A stretch of DNA of 64,000 nucleotides from assembly GCA_028826165.1 (NCBI GenBank), contig JAPDFW010000077.1:124001-188000 (forward strand). The letters are read 5' to 3'. The position numbers were made by a program, and so were the translations under genes. The notes beneath the pieces were generated by a model. It did no database searches and was not told the origin of the DNA. It saw nothing but the letters and a program-made list of their open reading frames with translations. Shown here in pieces: positions 52,590-62,919 of this stretch; the stretch's first letter is position 1, and each line of letters opens with the position of its first letter. This DNA comes from Anaeramoeba ignava BMAN. Lineage: Eukaryota > Protista > Anaeramoebae.

Positions 52590-54359
52590 ATGAATGAAAT
52601 TATATTTTTTGGTGATAATCAATTTCCAAAACTTATCAAAAATGAGCCAAATAAAATAACAAAACCAATTCAATTTAAATTTGAAAATGAAAATGAAAAT
52701 GAAAATGAAAATGAAAATGAAAATGAAAATGAAAAACAAATTAAACAAATTTCATCAGGTTATTTTTCAACAATTTTCCTTTTTAAAAATGGAAAAGCAA
52801 TAGAATATTCAAGAGATTCAAATCAAAATCCTCAAAAAGTCCAAATTGAAAATATTCAAAAAGTAATTGTTGGTTATCAAAATGAAGCTTTTTTAACAAT
52901 AGAAGGAAATGTATTTGCCAAAGGAAGACATGTTAATTCAAAAAATCCAAATAGATTTATCAATATTTCATCATTAATTGAAGATCCAAATGATAGAGTA
53001 ATTCAAGATATTGTTTCAGGAGAAAGTTCAATTTACTTATTAAGTTCAAATCAAAATGCTTATGGAATTGGTGATAATCATTTTAGTCAAATTGCTTTTC
53101 AATCAAATAACAAAAAAAAAAGAAAATCACAAAAACCAATTTTAATGATGAAAAATGTTTCTAAAATATTTTCAGGAAATTGTTCTCATGTTTTTCTTTT
53201 AAATTCAAATCAAGAATTATTTGGATGTGGTAAAAATAATCATGGAACACTTGGATTAGGATATCGAAAAAAAGAAATTTTACAACCAATTCAAATTAAA
53301 AATATTCCAAAAGGTAAAATAATTGATATCCAAATCGGATGTGAACATTCAATAATGTTGATTGAAGATGAAAATCTAAAAAGAAAACTTTATTCATGTG
53401 GAGATAATGATTATAATGGACTTGGCAAAGGAGATAAATATACAAATGAATTTACTGAAATCAAATCACCTTTATTTGAAAATGATGATAATATTCTTGA
53501 ATTTTCTTGTGGATATAATCATACTTTGATTTTAACATCCAATAATAAAATAATAGGATTTGGATATAACTATGATGGTCAATTAGAAATAGAAGGTACA
53601 AACCATCAATTAATTCCAATTCAAATTGAACTTCCTAAATTAAGATTTAATGAAGATATTTCTAATTATCATATTTATTGTGGATATCTTAAATCATTTA
53701 TTTATTATTCTGCTCCTTCTTTTTCCAATCTTGAAGAAGATCTGATAAAATTATTTGAAAGAAAAGAATTTTGTGATATTTCATTTAAAACAGAAAATGG
53801 AGAAATAATTGAAGCTCATAAATTAATATTGAAATATAGATTAAATGAAAATCAAAATCAAATTGAAAAACTTCAAGAAATTATTTCAAATAAATCAATT
53901 AAAGAATCAAATCAAATATTTGAAATGATTTATTCAAATAATTCCAAAATAAATCCAATATTATATTCTGAAATTAAAGAAATTATAAATTTAAATGAAA
54001 AAATAGAAGAAACAATGAAAAGAATTTATTTAAATGAAAATGAAAAAGATTTTATAATTGAAAGAAAAGAAAAACAATATAAATTTCCTAAATTAATATT
54101 AATAATGAGAAGTGAATTATATCGAGGAATGTTTTTATCTGTAACTGAAGATAAATCTAATAAAGTTACAGATTATAGTGAATTAAGTAATAAATCATTT
54201 CAAATATTTGAATATTGGATTTATTCAAATCAAATTAAAGATGAAATTAAAATTACACAAGAAATTATTGATGAACTAGAAACAGGAATTGATTATTTTC
54301 AATTAAATCAAACAAATCCAAATTTATTTGATTTATTAATTAAAAAATTTAATAATTAA
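52590..54359 (+). CDS. RCC1-repeat + tandem BTB protein
   Basis: Intact 589-aa ORF, closest to the 50653 copy. Confidence 0.9.
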   Translation: MNEIIFFGDNQFPKLIKNEPNKITKPIQFKFENENENENENENENENEKQIKQISSGYFSTIFLFKNGKAIEYSRDSNQNPQKVQIENIQKVIVGYQNEAFLTIEGNVFAKGRHVNSKNPNRFINISSLIEDPNDRVIQDIVSGESSIYLLSSNQNAYGIGDNHFSQIAFQSNNKKKRKSQKPILMMKNVSKIFSGNCSHVFLLNSNQELFGCGKNNHGTLGLGYRKKEILQPIQIKNIPKGKIIDIQIGCEHSIMLIEDENLKRKLYSCGDNDYNGLGKGDKYTNEFTEIKSPLFENDDNILEFSCGYNHTLILTSNNKIIGFGYNYDGQLEIEGTNHQLIPIQIELPKLRFNEDISNYHIYCGYLKSFIYYSAPSFSNLEEDLIKLFERKEFCDISFKTENGEIIEAHKLILKYRLNENQNQIEKLQEIISNKSIKESNQIFEMIYSNNSKINPILYSEIKEIINLNEKIEETMKRIYLNENEKDFIIERKEKQYKFPKLILIMRSELYRGMFLSVTEDKSNKVTDYSELSNKSFQIFEYWIYSNQIKDEIKITQEIIDELETGIDYFQLNQTNPNLFDLLIKKFNN

Positions 54360-54746
54360 AATCAAAATTAAAATTAAAATCAAAATTAAATTTAAAATTA
54401 AAATTAAAATTAAAATCAAAATTAAAATTAAAAATTAAAATTAAAATTGAAATTGAAATTAAAATTAAAATTGAAATTAAAATCAAAATCAAAAATCAAA
54501 ATTAAAATTAAAATTTAATATTAAAATTAAAATTAAAATCAAAATTAAAATTAAAATTAAAATTAAAATTAAAATTAAAATCAAAAATCAAAATTAAAAT
54601 TTTTAATTTACTCGAACTAAAAATCCAACTCAACAAATAAAAAATTTTGATTAATTTTTTTTGAAACCATTTTTTTTAAAATCATTTTTTTTCCTCATTT
54701 TGTTTTATTTTTTTTTTTTTAAACATTACAAACTTTACAATAAATC

Positions 54747-56536
54747 ATGCAATTAAGTGCATCCAAAAATAAAAAAATCAATGATCTCTTTTTTTTTGGT
54801 CAAAATAAATTTCGACAACTTTTGCCATATCAACCATCAAAAATATCAAAACCAATACATTTAGATCTTTTCGACTCAGAAAAACAAATCAAACAAATAA
54901 CATCAGGAATAATTGCAACAAGTTTTCTTTTTGAAAATGGTAAAGTTGTTCAATGTTTAAGAGAAAGAGATTCAAATCAAAATCCACAAGAAATTCCGAT
55001 TGAAAATATTAAAAAAATATCAGGAGGAGATTATGTTTTTTGTCTTTTAACTGAAGAAGGAGAAGTTTTTCGCAAAAGGAATAAATATTAGTTCAAATAA
55101 TCCAAAACAATTTATCAATATTTCATCATTAATTGAAGATCCCAATGATCAAGTAATTCAAGATATTGTTTCTGGTTTTCGTTCTGTTTATTTATTAAGT
55201 GAAAAGGGAAATGTTTATGGAATTGGTTCAAATGGTTATGGCCAACTTGGTCTTGGATTAATTCGCAAAGCAGAAAAACCAATTTTAATGATGGAAAATG
55301 TTTCGAGAATATTTTCAGGAAATTGTTCTCTTGTTTTTCTTTTAAATTCAAATCAAGAATTATTTGTTTGTGGAGATAATGATTCTGGTCAAGTTGGATT
55401 GGGAAAATCAATTAAAAAAGATGAAATCAATCAAATTGCTCATGTCAAAAACATTCCCAAGGGAAAAATAATTGATATTCAGACTGGATGGACTCATTCA
55501 GTAATGCTTGTTGAAGATGAAAATCAAAACGGAACACTTTATTCATGTGGAGATTATCAATATAATGGGCTTGGCAATGAAGACGAAAATGCTTATGAAT
55601 TTACTGAAATCAAATCACCTTTATTTGAAAATGATAATATTCTTGAATTTCGTGTTGGAGATCATCATACTTTGATTTTAACATCCAAAGGGAAATTAAT
55701 CGGATTTGGCAGAAATCATCATGGACAGCTGGGAATTGGAAACACAAATATCCAATCCATCCCAACCCAAATTCAAATCCCTGAATTGTTGTTTGATATT
55801 TCTAGTTATCATCTTTCTTGTGGTGATGCAACTTCATTTCTTTATTATTCTCCCGTTTTTTCCAATCTCCAAATTGATCTGATAAAACTATTTCAAAGAA
55901 AAGAATTTTGTGATATTTCATTTAAAACAAAAAATGAAAACGAAACGATTGAAGCTCATAAACTAATATTGAAATATAGATTAAAAGATCAAAAATCAAA
56001 ATCAAAATCAATTTGAACAACTCCAAGAAATTATTTCAAAAAAAACCAAAGAAGAAGCAAATCAAATATTTGAAATGATTTATTCGAGTAAAAAAACATA
56101 TTCCAAATTATATAAAGAAATACGAAGATTGTTGAAAGAAGAAGAAGATTTAAATGAAAATATGCAAAGAATATATTTTTCAGAAAAAGAAAAAGATTTT
56201 ATAATTCAAAGAGAAGAAAAAGAAATCAAGTTTCCCAAATTAATATTAATAATGAGAAGTGAATTATATCGAGGGATGTTTTTATCTGTAACAGAAGATA
56301 GTTCTAATCAAGTAAATGATTATAGTGAATTAAGTGATGAAGCATTTGAAATTTTAGAATATTGGATTTATACAAATCAAATTAAAGAAGGAATAGAAAT
56401 TACACAAGAAATTATCGATGAATTAGAACAGGCGAGTGATTATTTTGAATTAAATGAATCAAATCCAAATTTAATTGATTTATTAATAGAAGAGTTTGAT
56501 AATCAAAATCCAAATGAAAATTCGAATGAAAATTAA
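54747..56536 (+). CDS. Divergent RCC1-BTB paralog with frameshifts at about 55070 and 55990
   Basis: Three colinear ORF fragments; breaks lie in T- and A-runs. Confidence 0.75.
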
Positions 56537-56765
56537 GATTCATTTATAAAATTCATTTATAAAATTAAAATCAAAATCAAAATTCATTTATAAAATCAAA
56601 TTTAAAATCAAAATTAAAATAAATTTCAAATTAAAATTAAAATTAAAATTCATTTATAAAAACAAAATTAAATTTAAAATTCATTTATAAAATTCATTTA
56701 TAAAATTAAAATCAAAACAAAATTAAAATTAAATTCAAAATTCATTTATAAAATTAAAATTAAAA

Positions 56766-56878
56766 TTTTTTCATTTTTCATTTTTCATTTTTCATTTTTC
56801 ATTTTTCATTTTTCATTTTTCATTTTTCATTTTTCATTTTTCATTTTTCATTTTTCATTTTTCATTTTTTCATTTTTT
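56766..56878 (+). promoter_or_regulatory. Tandem (TCATTTT)n array directly upstream of the SRP19 ATG; putative initiator element
   Basis: About 15 copies of the 7-mer ending just before ATG 56882; the same motif precedes most start codons in the window. Confidence 0.6.
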
Positions 56879-56881
56879 AAA

Positions 56882-57413
56882 ATGGCACAAAATAAAGAAA
56901 AATTCATTATCATTTATCCTTCTTATATTGATTCTAAAATTAGTTATAAATTTGGGAGAAGATTTTCAAAAACTAAATGTATCGAATCACCAACAATTAT
57001 TGAGATTGCAAAAGCTTGTAGTCATCTTGGATTTAAATTTTTAATTGAAGCTGATAAAGGATATCCACGAGAATTATTTAAGAAAGGAAGAGTGAAAGTT
57101 TTTTTTTCAGCAGAAAATCAAAAAGAAAAAAATGAAGAAATTAAAACAAGTAAAAAAATTAATAACAATTTTTTTTTCCTTTTTGAAAAATCAATTAATT
57201 TTAAGTTGAATTTTTTTATTAGAAACTCAATTAATTTTGGCTTTACCTCCTTTAATTGCTCAAATTCGATTGCAAGCTCCAAAACAAAAAACTCAATCTT
57301 CAAGTCCTACAAATCAAAAAGCAAAAACTCCTTATGGAAAAGGAAATAAATCTCATAAACCAAATAAATCAAGAGGTAGAAGTAAAGGAAGAGGAAGAGG
57401 AAGAAGAAAATAA
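56882..57413 (+). CDS. SRP19: Signal recognition particle 19 kDa protein; exons 56882-57149 and 57223-57413
   Basis: IIYPSYIDSK..GRR..CIESPTIIEI..KGYPRE..GRVKV; splicing gives KT|KTQLIL and a basic RG-rich tail. Confidence 0.92.
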
Positions 57414-57651
57414 TTTTGTCCCCTTGCAAAAAAATAATTTTCAAAGAAATAACTTCTAATTATTCATCAATCAAAAATCAATAAAAATATTTTCCAAAGA
57501 AATAACAAAATTATTCCTCTCCGAAGGATAATTTTTTAAAATCTTTTTTTATCGGACATTTTTTTTTAAAATAATTTGTCCAATTGTCTAAAAGTCCGAT
57601 TTTAAATCTATAAGAAAAAAAAAACAGTTTGATCTCTTTATTTTTTTCTTT

Positions 57652-59085
57652 ATGGAACAAAGATATTCACTTTCAACACCAGAAGAAATTGATTTACTAG
57701 CTCAATCCTCAACCCCGAAATCAACAAGAAAGGCCACACAATTCGCCAAAAATATTTGGATCAAGTATGCAAGAGAAATGGGAATTACTGAAAATATTTG
57801 GGAGTTAGACACAAAGGAACTCAATTTTCATTTATGCAATCTGTTACCGCAACTCAAATCCGAGAAAGAAAAAAGTTATACCAGCTCGACCATCTACTAT
57901 ATTACCTGCGGATGGAGAAGATGGATCCTTCAACAATCAACCCAACCAAGTCCACCGGATATACTACACGACAAAAACTTTCTTCAGTTTCAAAAAGTGC
58001 TTGATCATGTTATGAAAGATCTGGATCAAAATGGGAAATCTGAAGTAAAGCACACAGAATCCTTAACGGAAGAAGAGATAATCAAGTTATTATCAGCTTG
58101 TGATCGTTCAACCCCACAAGGTATCCTCATGGCTTGTATCTTACAGATAGGAAAGTTTTGTGGATTGAGAGGAGGAGAATATCACACTTTATTGATGAAC
58201 CAGTTTTGTAAGAAGGAAGATAAAGGAAAATTCTTTTATGAACTCATTCTCTATAAGCGAAAAACACTCCAAAGAGGCATACGAAGAGATCAAAAAGCTT
58301 TTAAAACATATATCCTCGATCGCGAAGCGATCGAGGATATAGATCAATACTTGAAACGGAGAAAAGAATTCACTTGCTCAAGATTCTTTTTAGGAATCAA
58401 CCATAAAGTGCGTGCTCAGTCTGAATTCATTAATGGTCCAATGGGATATGGAAAAATGACCTCTCTCCTTAAAGAGTTTTGTATTAAGGCGAATATTAAT
58501 AAGCATATCACACTTCATTCATTGCGTGCAACCTGTATCACTCGCTTATCAGATCTGAATATGAAAGATGAACAAATAATGCAGATTACTGGGCATAAAA
58601 GTTCCAAAAGTGTGCAAGTTTATCGGGAAGAAAGCACTGAATTCAGGAAAAATTTGTTCGAGAATTCGACCAATACAAACCAAAAACCAAAAGAGGCAGA
58701 CATGGTTGAATCCCAAATCAATAGGTTGAAAACGGCACAAGATGGGTTTATTTTCCAATTTTCTAATTGTCATATTGATCGGGTTTTCAATTTCCAGAAC
58801 CATGATTTGGATAAATTATTTTCAAGTTTATCCATAAAGGAAGAAGTGACTGATTCATTCATGAAACAGAAGTTGGTGCAAGAGACAATCGATAATTCCA
58901 TTGAAGAAAAGGAGAATAACCAGCAAGATTCTGAAAATCTGATTATTGATGAAACTGAACCCGATCACGTCGAAGAAGAGAATGAGATGATTGATCAAAT
59001 TCAACCCTTGAAAAGAAGAGTTTACAGATGCTCCAGATGCGGAGAAATCGGGCACAATAAGAAGGGTTGCCCAAATCGAAAATGA
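57652..59085 (+). CDS. Tyrosine recombinase (Crypton/DUF3504-like) with C-terminal CCHC zinc knuckle
   Basis: Catalytic set GLRGGE, K(TLQRG), HSLR, TGHKS, VQVY; CSRCGEIGHNKKGC knuckle. Confidence 0.88.
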   Translation: MEQRYSLSTPEEIDLLAQSSTPKSTRKATQFAKNIWIKYAREMGITENIWELDTKELNFHLCNLLPQLKSEKEKSYTSSTIYYITCGWRRWILQQSTQPSPPDILHDKNFLQFQKVLDHVMKDLDQNGKSEVKHTESLTEEEIIKLLSACDRSTPQGILMACILQIGKFCGLRGGEYHTLLMNQFCKKEDKGKFFYELILYKRKTLQRGIRRDQKAFKTYILDREAIEDIDQYLKRRKEFTCSRFFLGINHKVRAQSEFINGPMGYGKMTSLLKEFCIKANINKHITLHSLRATCITRLSDLNMKDEQIMQITGHKSSKSVQVYREESTEFRKNLFENSTNTNQKPKEADMVESQINRLKTAQDGFIFQFSNCHIDRVFNFQNHDLDKLFSSLSIKEEVTDSFMKQKLVQETIDNSIEEKENNQQDSENLIIDETEPDHVEEENEMIDQIQPLKRRVYRCSRCGEIGHNKKGCPNRK

Positions 59086-59133
59086 ATGACATATGGATCA
59101 TTTTGATTTCTTCTGGTTCCAATTTTCGATTTT

Positions 59134-59245
59134 TCTTTTTCAATTCTTTTTTCAATTCTTTTTTTCAATTCTTTTTTCAATTCTTTTTTTCAATTCTTTT
59201 TTTCAATTCTTTTTTTCAATTCTTTTTTCAATTCTTTTTTTCAAA
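59134..59245. repeat. (TTTTTTCAATTCT)n 13-14-mer tandem repeat downstream of the recombinase
   Basis: About eight copies. Confidence 0.85.
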
Positions 59246-59999
59246 TTTTTTTTTGCAGAAGGACAAAAAAGTTAACCTTTTCAACTCCGAATTCCATTTT
59301 TTATTTTTTTTTTTCCTTTTTTTAAAATGGTTTTTTCCCGACTTCGCCGGAAAAAAACTTAATTTTTTTCTCTTACAGCTCGAAAAAAAAAAAATTTAAA
59401 AAAATTTTCAAAAAAAATAAAAATGTTATTCACTCGTTATCAAAAGATTAACATATCATTATTCTTTTAAAAAAACAAAAACTCAAATTTATAAAAGAAA
59501 AAGAACCAAGAATTTTTTTCTATTAAACTTTATACTCAAAAAAAATAAAAACAATTTAAAATTTGAATTAAAATTCATTTATAAAATTAAAATTAAAATT
59601 AAAATTAAAATTCATTTATAAAATTAAAATTAAAATTAAAATTAAAATTAGAATTAAAATTAAAATTAAAATTAAAATTAAAATTAAAATTAAAATTAAA
59701 ATTAAAATCAAAATCAAAATCAAAATTCATTTATAAAATCAAAATTAAAATTAAAATTAAAATTAAAATTCATTTATAAAATTGAAATAAAAATTAAAAT
59801 TAAAATTAAAATTAAAATTTGAATTAAAATTTGAATTAAAATTAAAATTAAAATTAAAATTGAAATTAAAATTATAATTAAAATTAAAATTAAAAATCAA
59901 TTTGAAATGAAAAATTTATTATCATTATCGTTATCACCAAAAATATTTTTTCCCTTTTCTAAAAATTTGTCAAAAAGAAAATTAAAAGAAAATTAAAAG

Positions 60000-62692
60000 T
60001 TATTTATCTTCCCAATGAGCATGAAAATTTTCATTCAAATCAGCATCTAATCTTTTGAAAGTATGAGCACCAAAGAAATCACGTTGAGCTTGAATCAAAT
60101 TAGCGGGAAGAAATTCTGAACGATAACTATCATAATAAGCCAAACTTGAACTAAAAGCGGGAACAGGAATACCTAAACCAACAGCAATTTGAATAACTTT
60201 TCTCCAATCAGCAAGATTATCTTTCAGTTTGTTAGTGAAATAGGGATATAATAATAAGTTTGTTAATTTTGGATCCTCTTCATAAGCTTGAGTGATTAAA
60301 TTCAAAAATTTTGCTCTTATAATACAACCTGATCTCCATAAAGATGCAATTGATCCCAAGTTGAGATTGTATTTGTATTCTTCGCTTGCAATCAATAATA
60401 ATTCCATTCCTTGTGCATACGCATTGATTTTACTTGCATATAATGCTTTTCTAACTGATTCAATCAATTCTTCTGGTGATCCAGAATATTTTGCTTTTTC
60501 TTCATCAACTCCTGAAAATAATTTTTTAGATGCAATTACTCTTTTTTCTTTCATACTTGAGATTACACGTTCTACAACAGCTGAGTTAATTGCTGGAATT
60601 GGAGCTCCAAGATTTAATGCGTTTTGAGAAGTCCATTTTCCAGTTCCTTAATAATTTTTTTCAATTAATTTTTTTGATTTAATTTTGATATAATTTTGAT
60701 TTAAATTTTATTTAATTTTTAATTTTGATTTAATTTTGATTTAAAATTGATTTAAATTTGATTTAATTTTGATTTGATTTTGATTTAATTTTGATTTAGA
60801 TTTAATTTTGATTTAAATTTGATTTAATTTCGATTTAATTTTGATTTAATTTTGATTTAAATTTGATTTAATTTTGATTTAATTTTGATTTAAATTTGAT
60901 TTAATTTCGATTTAATTTTGATTTAATTTTGATTTAAATTTGATTTAAATTTGATTTAAATTTGATTTAATTTTAATTTAAATTTGATTTAATTTTGATT
61001 TAAATTTGATTTAATTTTGATTTAATTTTGATTTAATTTTGATTTAGTTTTGATTTTATTTTGATTTAATTTTGATTTAATTTTGATTTAATTTTGATTT
61101 AATTTTAATTTAATTTTGATTTAAATTTGATTTAGTTTTGATTTAAATTTGATTTAGTTTTGATTTAAATTTGATTTAAATTTGATTTAGTTTTGATTTA
61201 AATTTGATTTAATTTTGATTTAATTTTGATTTAATTTTGATTTAATTTTGATTTAATTTTGATTTAATTTTAATTTAATTTTGATTTAATTTTAATTTAA
61301 ATTTGATTTAAAATTGGTTAAGTTTTGATTTAAATTTAAATTTAATTTTGATTTAAATTTGATTTAAATTTGATTTAGTTTTGATTTAAATTTAATTTAA
61401 ATTTGATTTAATTTTGATTTAATTTTGATTTTATTTTGATTTAATTTTGATTTAATTTTGATTTAATTTTGATTTAATTTTGATTTAATTTTGATTTAGT
61501 TTTGATTTAGTTTTAATTTAATTTGATTTAATTTTGATATAATTTTGATTTAAATTTGATTTAATTTAAATTTAATTTTGATTTAATTTTGATTTAATTT
61601 TGATATAATTTTGATTTAATTTTGATTTAATTTGATTTAATTTTGATTTAATTTTGATTTAGTTTTAATTTAGTTTTGATTTAGTTTTGATTTAATTTTG
61701 ATTTAATTTTAAATTTGATTTAAATTTGATTTAAATTTGATTTAATTTTGATTTAATTTTGATTTAATTTTGATTTAATTTTGATTTAATTTTGATTTAA
61801 TTTTGATTTAATTTTGATTTAATTTTGATTTAATTTTGATTTAAATTTGATTTAATTTTGATTTTAATTTTGATTTAGATTTGATTTAATTTAAATTTAA
61901 TTTAAATTATCTACCTTTTTGTGCAGCTTTATCCAAAACAATATCAACTAAAGGTTTTTGAGTTTTGTCATCAATTTTCTTAAAAATTTTAGAAGTAATT
62001 TCAATCAAATAACTATCCAATTCACCTTTATTCCAATCTTCAAAAATTTGAGCAATTTTTTGGGGTTGCAACTTCAAAACCTTTCTCAAAATATCATAAG
62101 CTTCAGCAATCAATTGCATATCAGCATATTCAATAGCATTATGGACGGATTTGACGTAGTGACCAGCACCTCTAGGACCAATATAGTCAACACAAGGACG
62201 ACCATCATCAGCTTTTGCACTGATTAATTCAAGAATGTGCTTGACATCATTCCAGGCCTCAGGAGAACCACCAGGCATGATACTTGGGCCGTTAAGTGCG
62301 CCTTCTTCACCTCCACTTACTCCAACTCCCATAAATTTGATCCCCTTTTCTTCAAGCATTATTGCTCTTCTTTCTGTATCTTCAAAAAAGCTATTTCCAC
62401 AATCCATGATCAGATCTCCTTTTTCCAAATAATTCAATAACTGCTCAATTACACTATCTACTGGTTTCCCGGCAACGACCATAATGATTATTTTTCTTGG
62501 TTTGCTGAGCAAGTTTACAAATCCTTCTAATTTTTCTGATGATACTATGTTCTTGTCTCCGTTTTGTTTCATGAAATTCTCAGTTCTTGAATATGTTCGA
62601 TTGTAAACTGCTACTTTGAACTTGTTTCTTTCAATGTTCAATGCGAGATTTCCTCCCATTGTTGATAATCCTATAACTCCAATATCTGCCAT
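60000..62692 (-). CDS. PGD: 6-phosphogluconate dehydrogenase, decarboxylating; exons 62692-61915 and 60646-60000
   Basis: GVSGGEEGA, GHYVKSVHNAIEYADMQLIAEAY, AAQK|GTGKWT, WRSGCIIRA, NLIQAQRDFFGAHTF. Confidence 0.97.
60670..61905. repeat. Intronic satellite (TTTGATTTAAT/A)n, 11-mer
   Basis: About 1.2 kb array in the PGD intron. Confidence 0.95.
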
Positions 62693-62919
62693 TTTTTAAT
62701 TTAATTTCAAATTTTTTTGGATTGTGAAAAATAAAATTGAAAAATGATTTCCAAAATTTTTTTTTCTTTTAAATTATTTATTTTTTATTTGATTTTCCAA
62801 AAATATTTTTTTTTAGGGGAATATATTTTTAATTAATACACGTGTTAAATATTAATCAAACAGGGGATACAAAAAAAACAATTCAAGATTTACTTTTCTT
62901 TATCTTTATCTTTTTCTTT

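Larger units (their letters stand above)
57498..59455 (+). mobile_element. Crypton-like tyrosine-recombinase DNA transposon (boundaries approximate)
   Basis: Intronless YR ORF visibly more GC-rich than its flanks; related AATAA-N5-TTATTC sites at 57501-57516 and 59416-59431; no long TIRs or LTRs, no reverse transcriptase. Confidence 0.7.

Noticed and set aside
45007-56536. Frameshifted RCC1-BTB copies as confirmed pseudogenes or phase-variable genes
   Set aside because: Most breaks are single-base homopolymer indels without further decay, and essential genes in the window show the same defect; needs read-level evidence.
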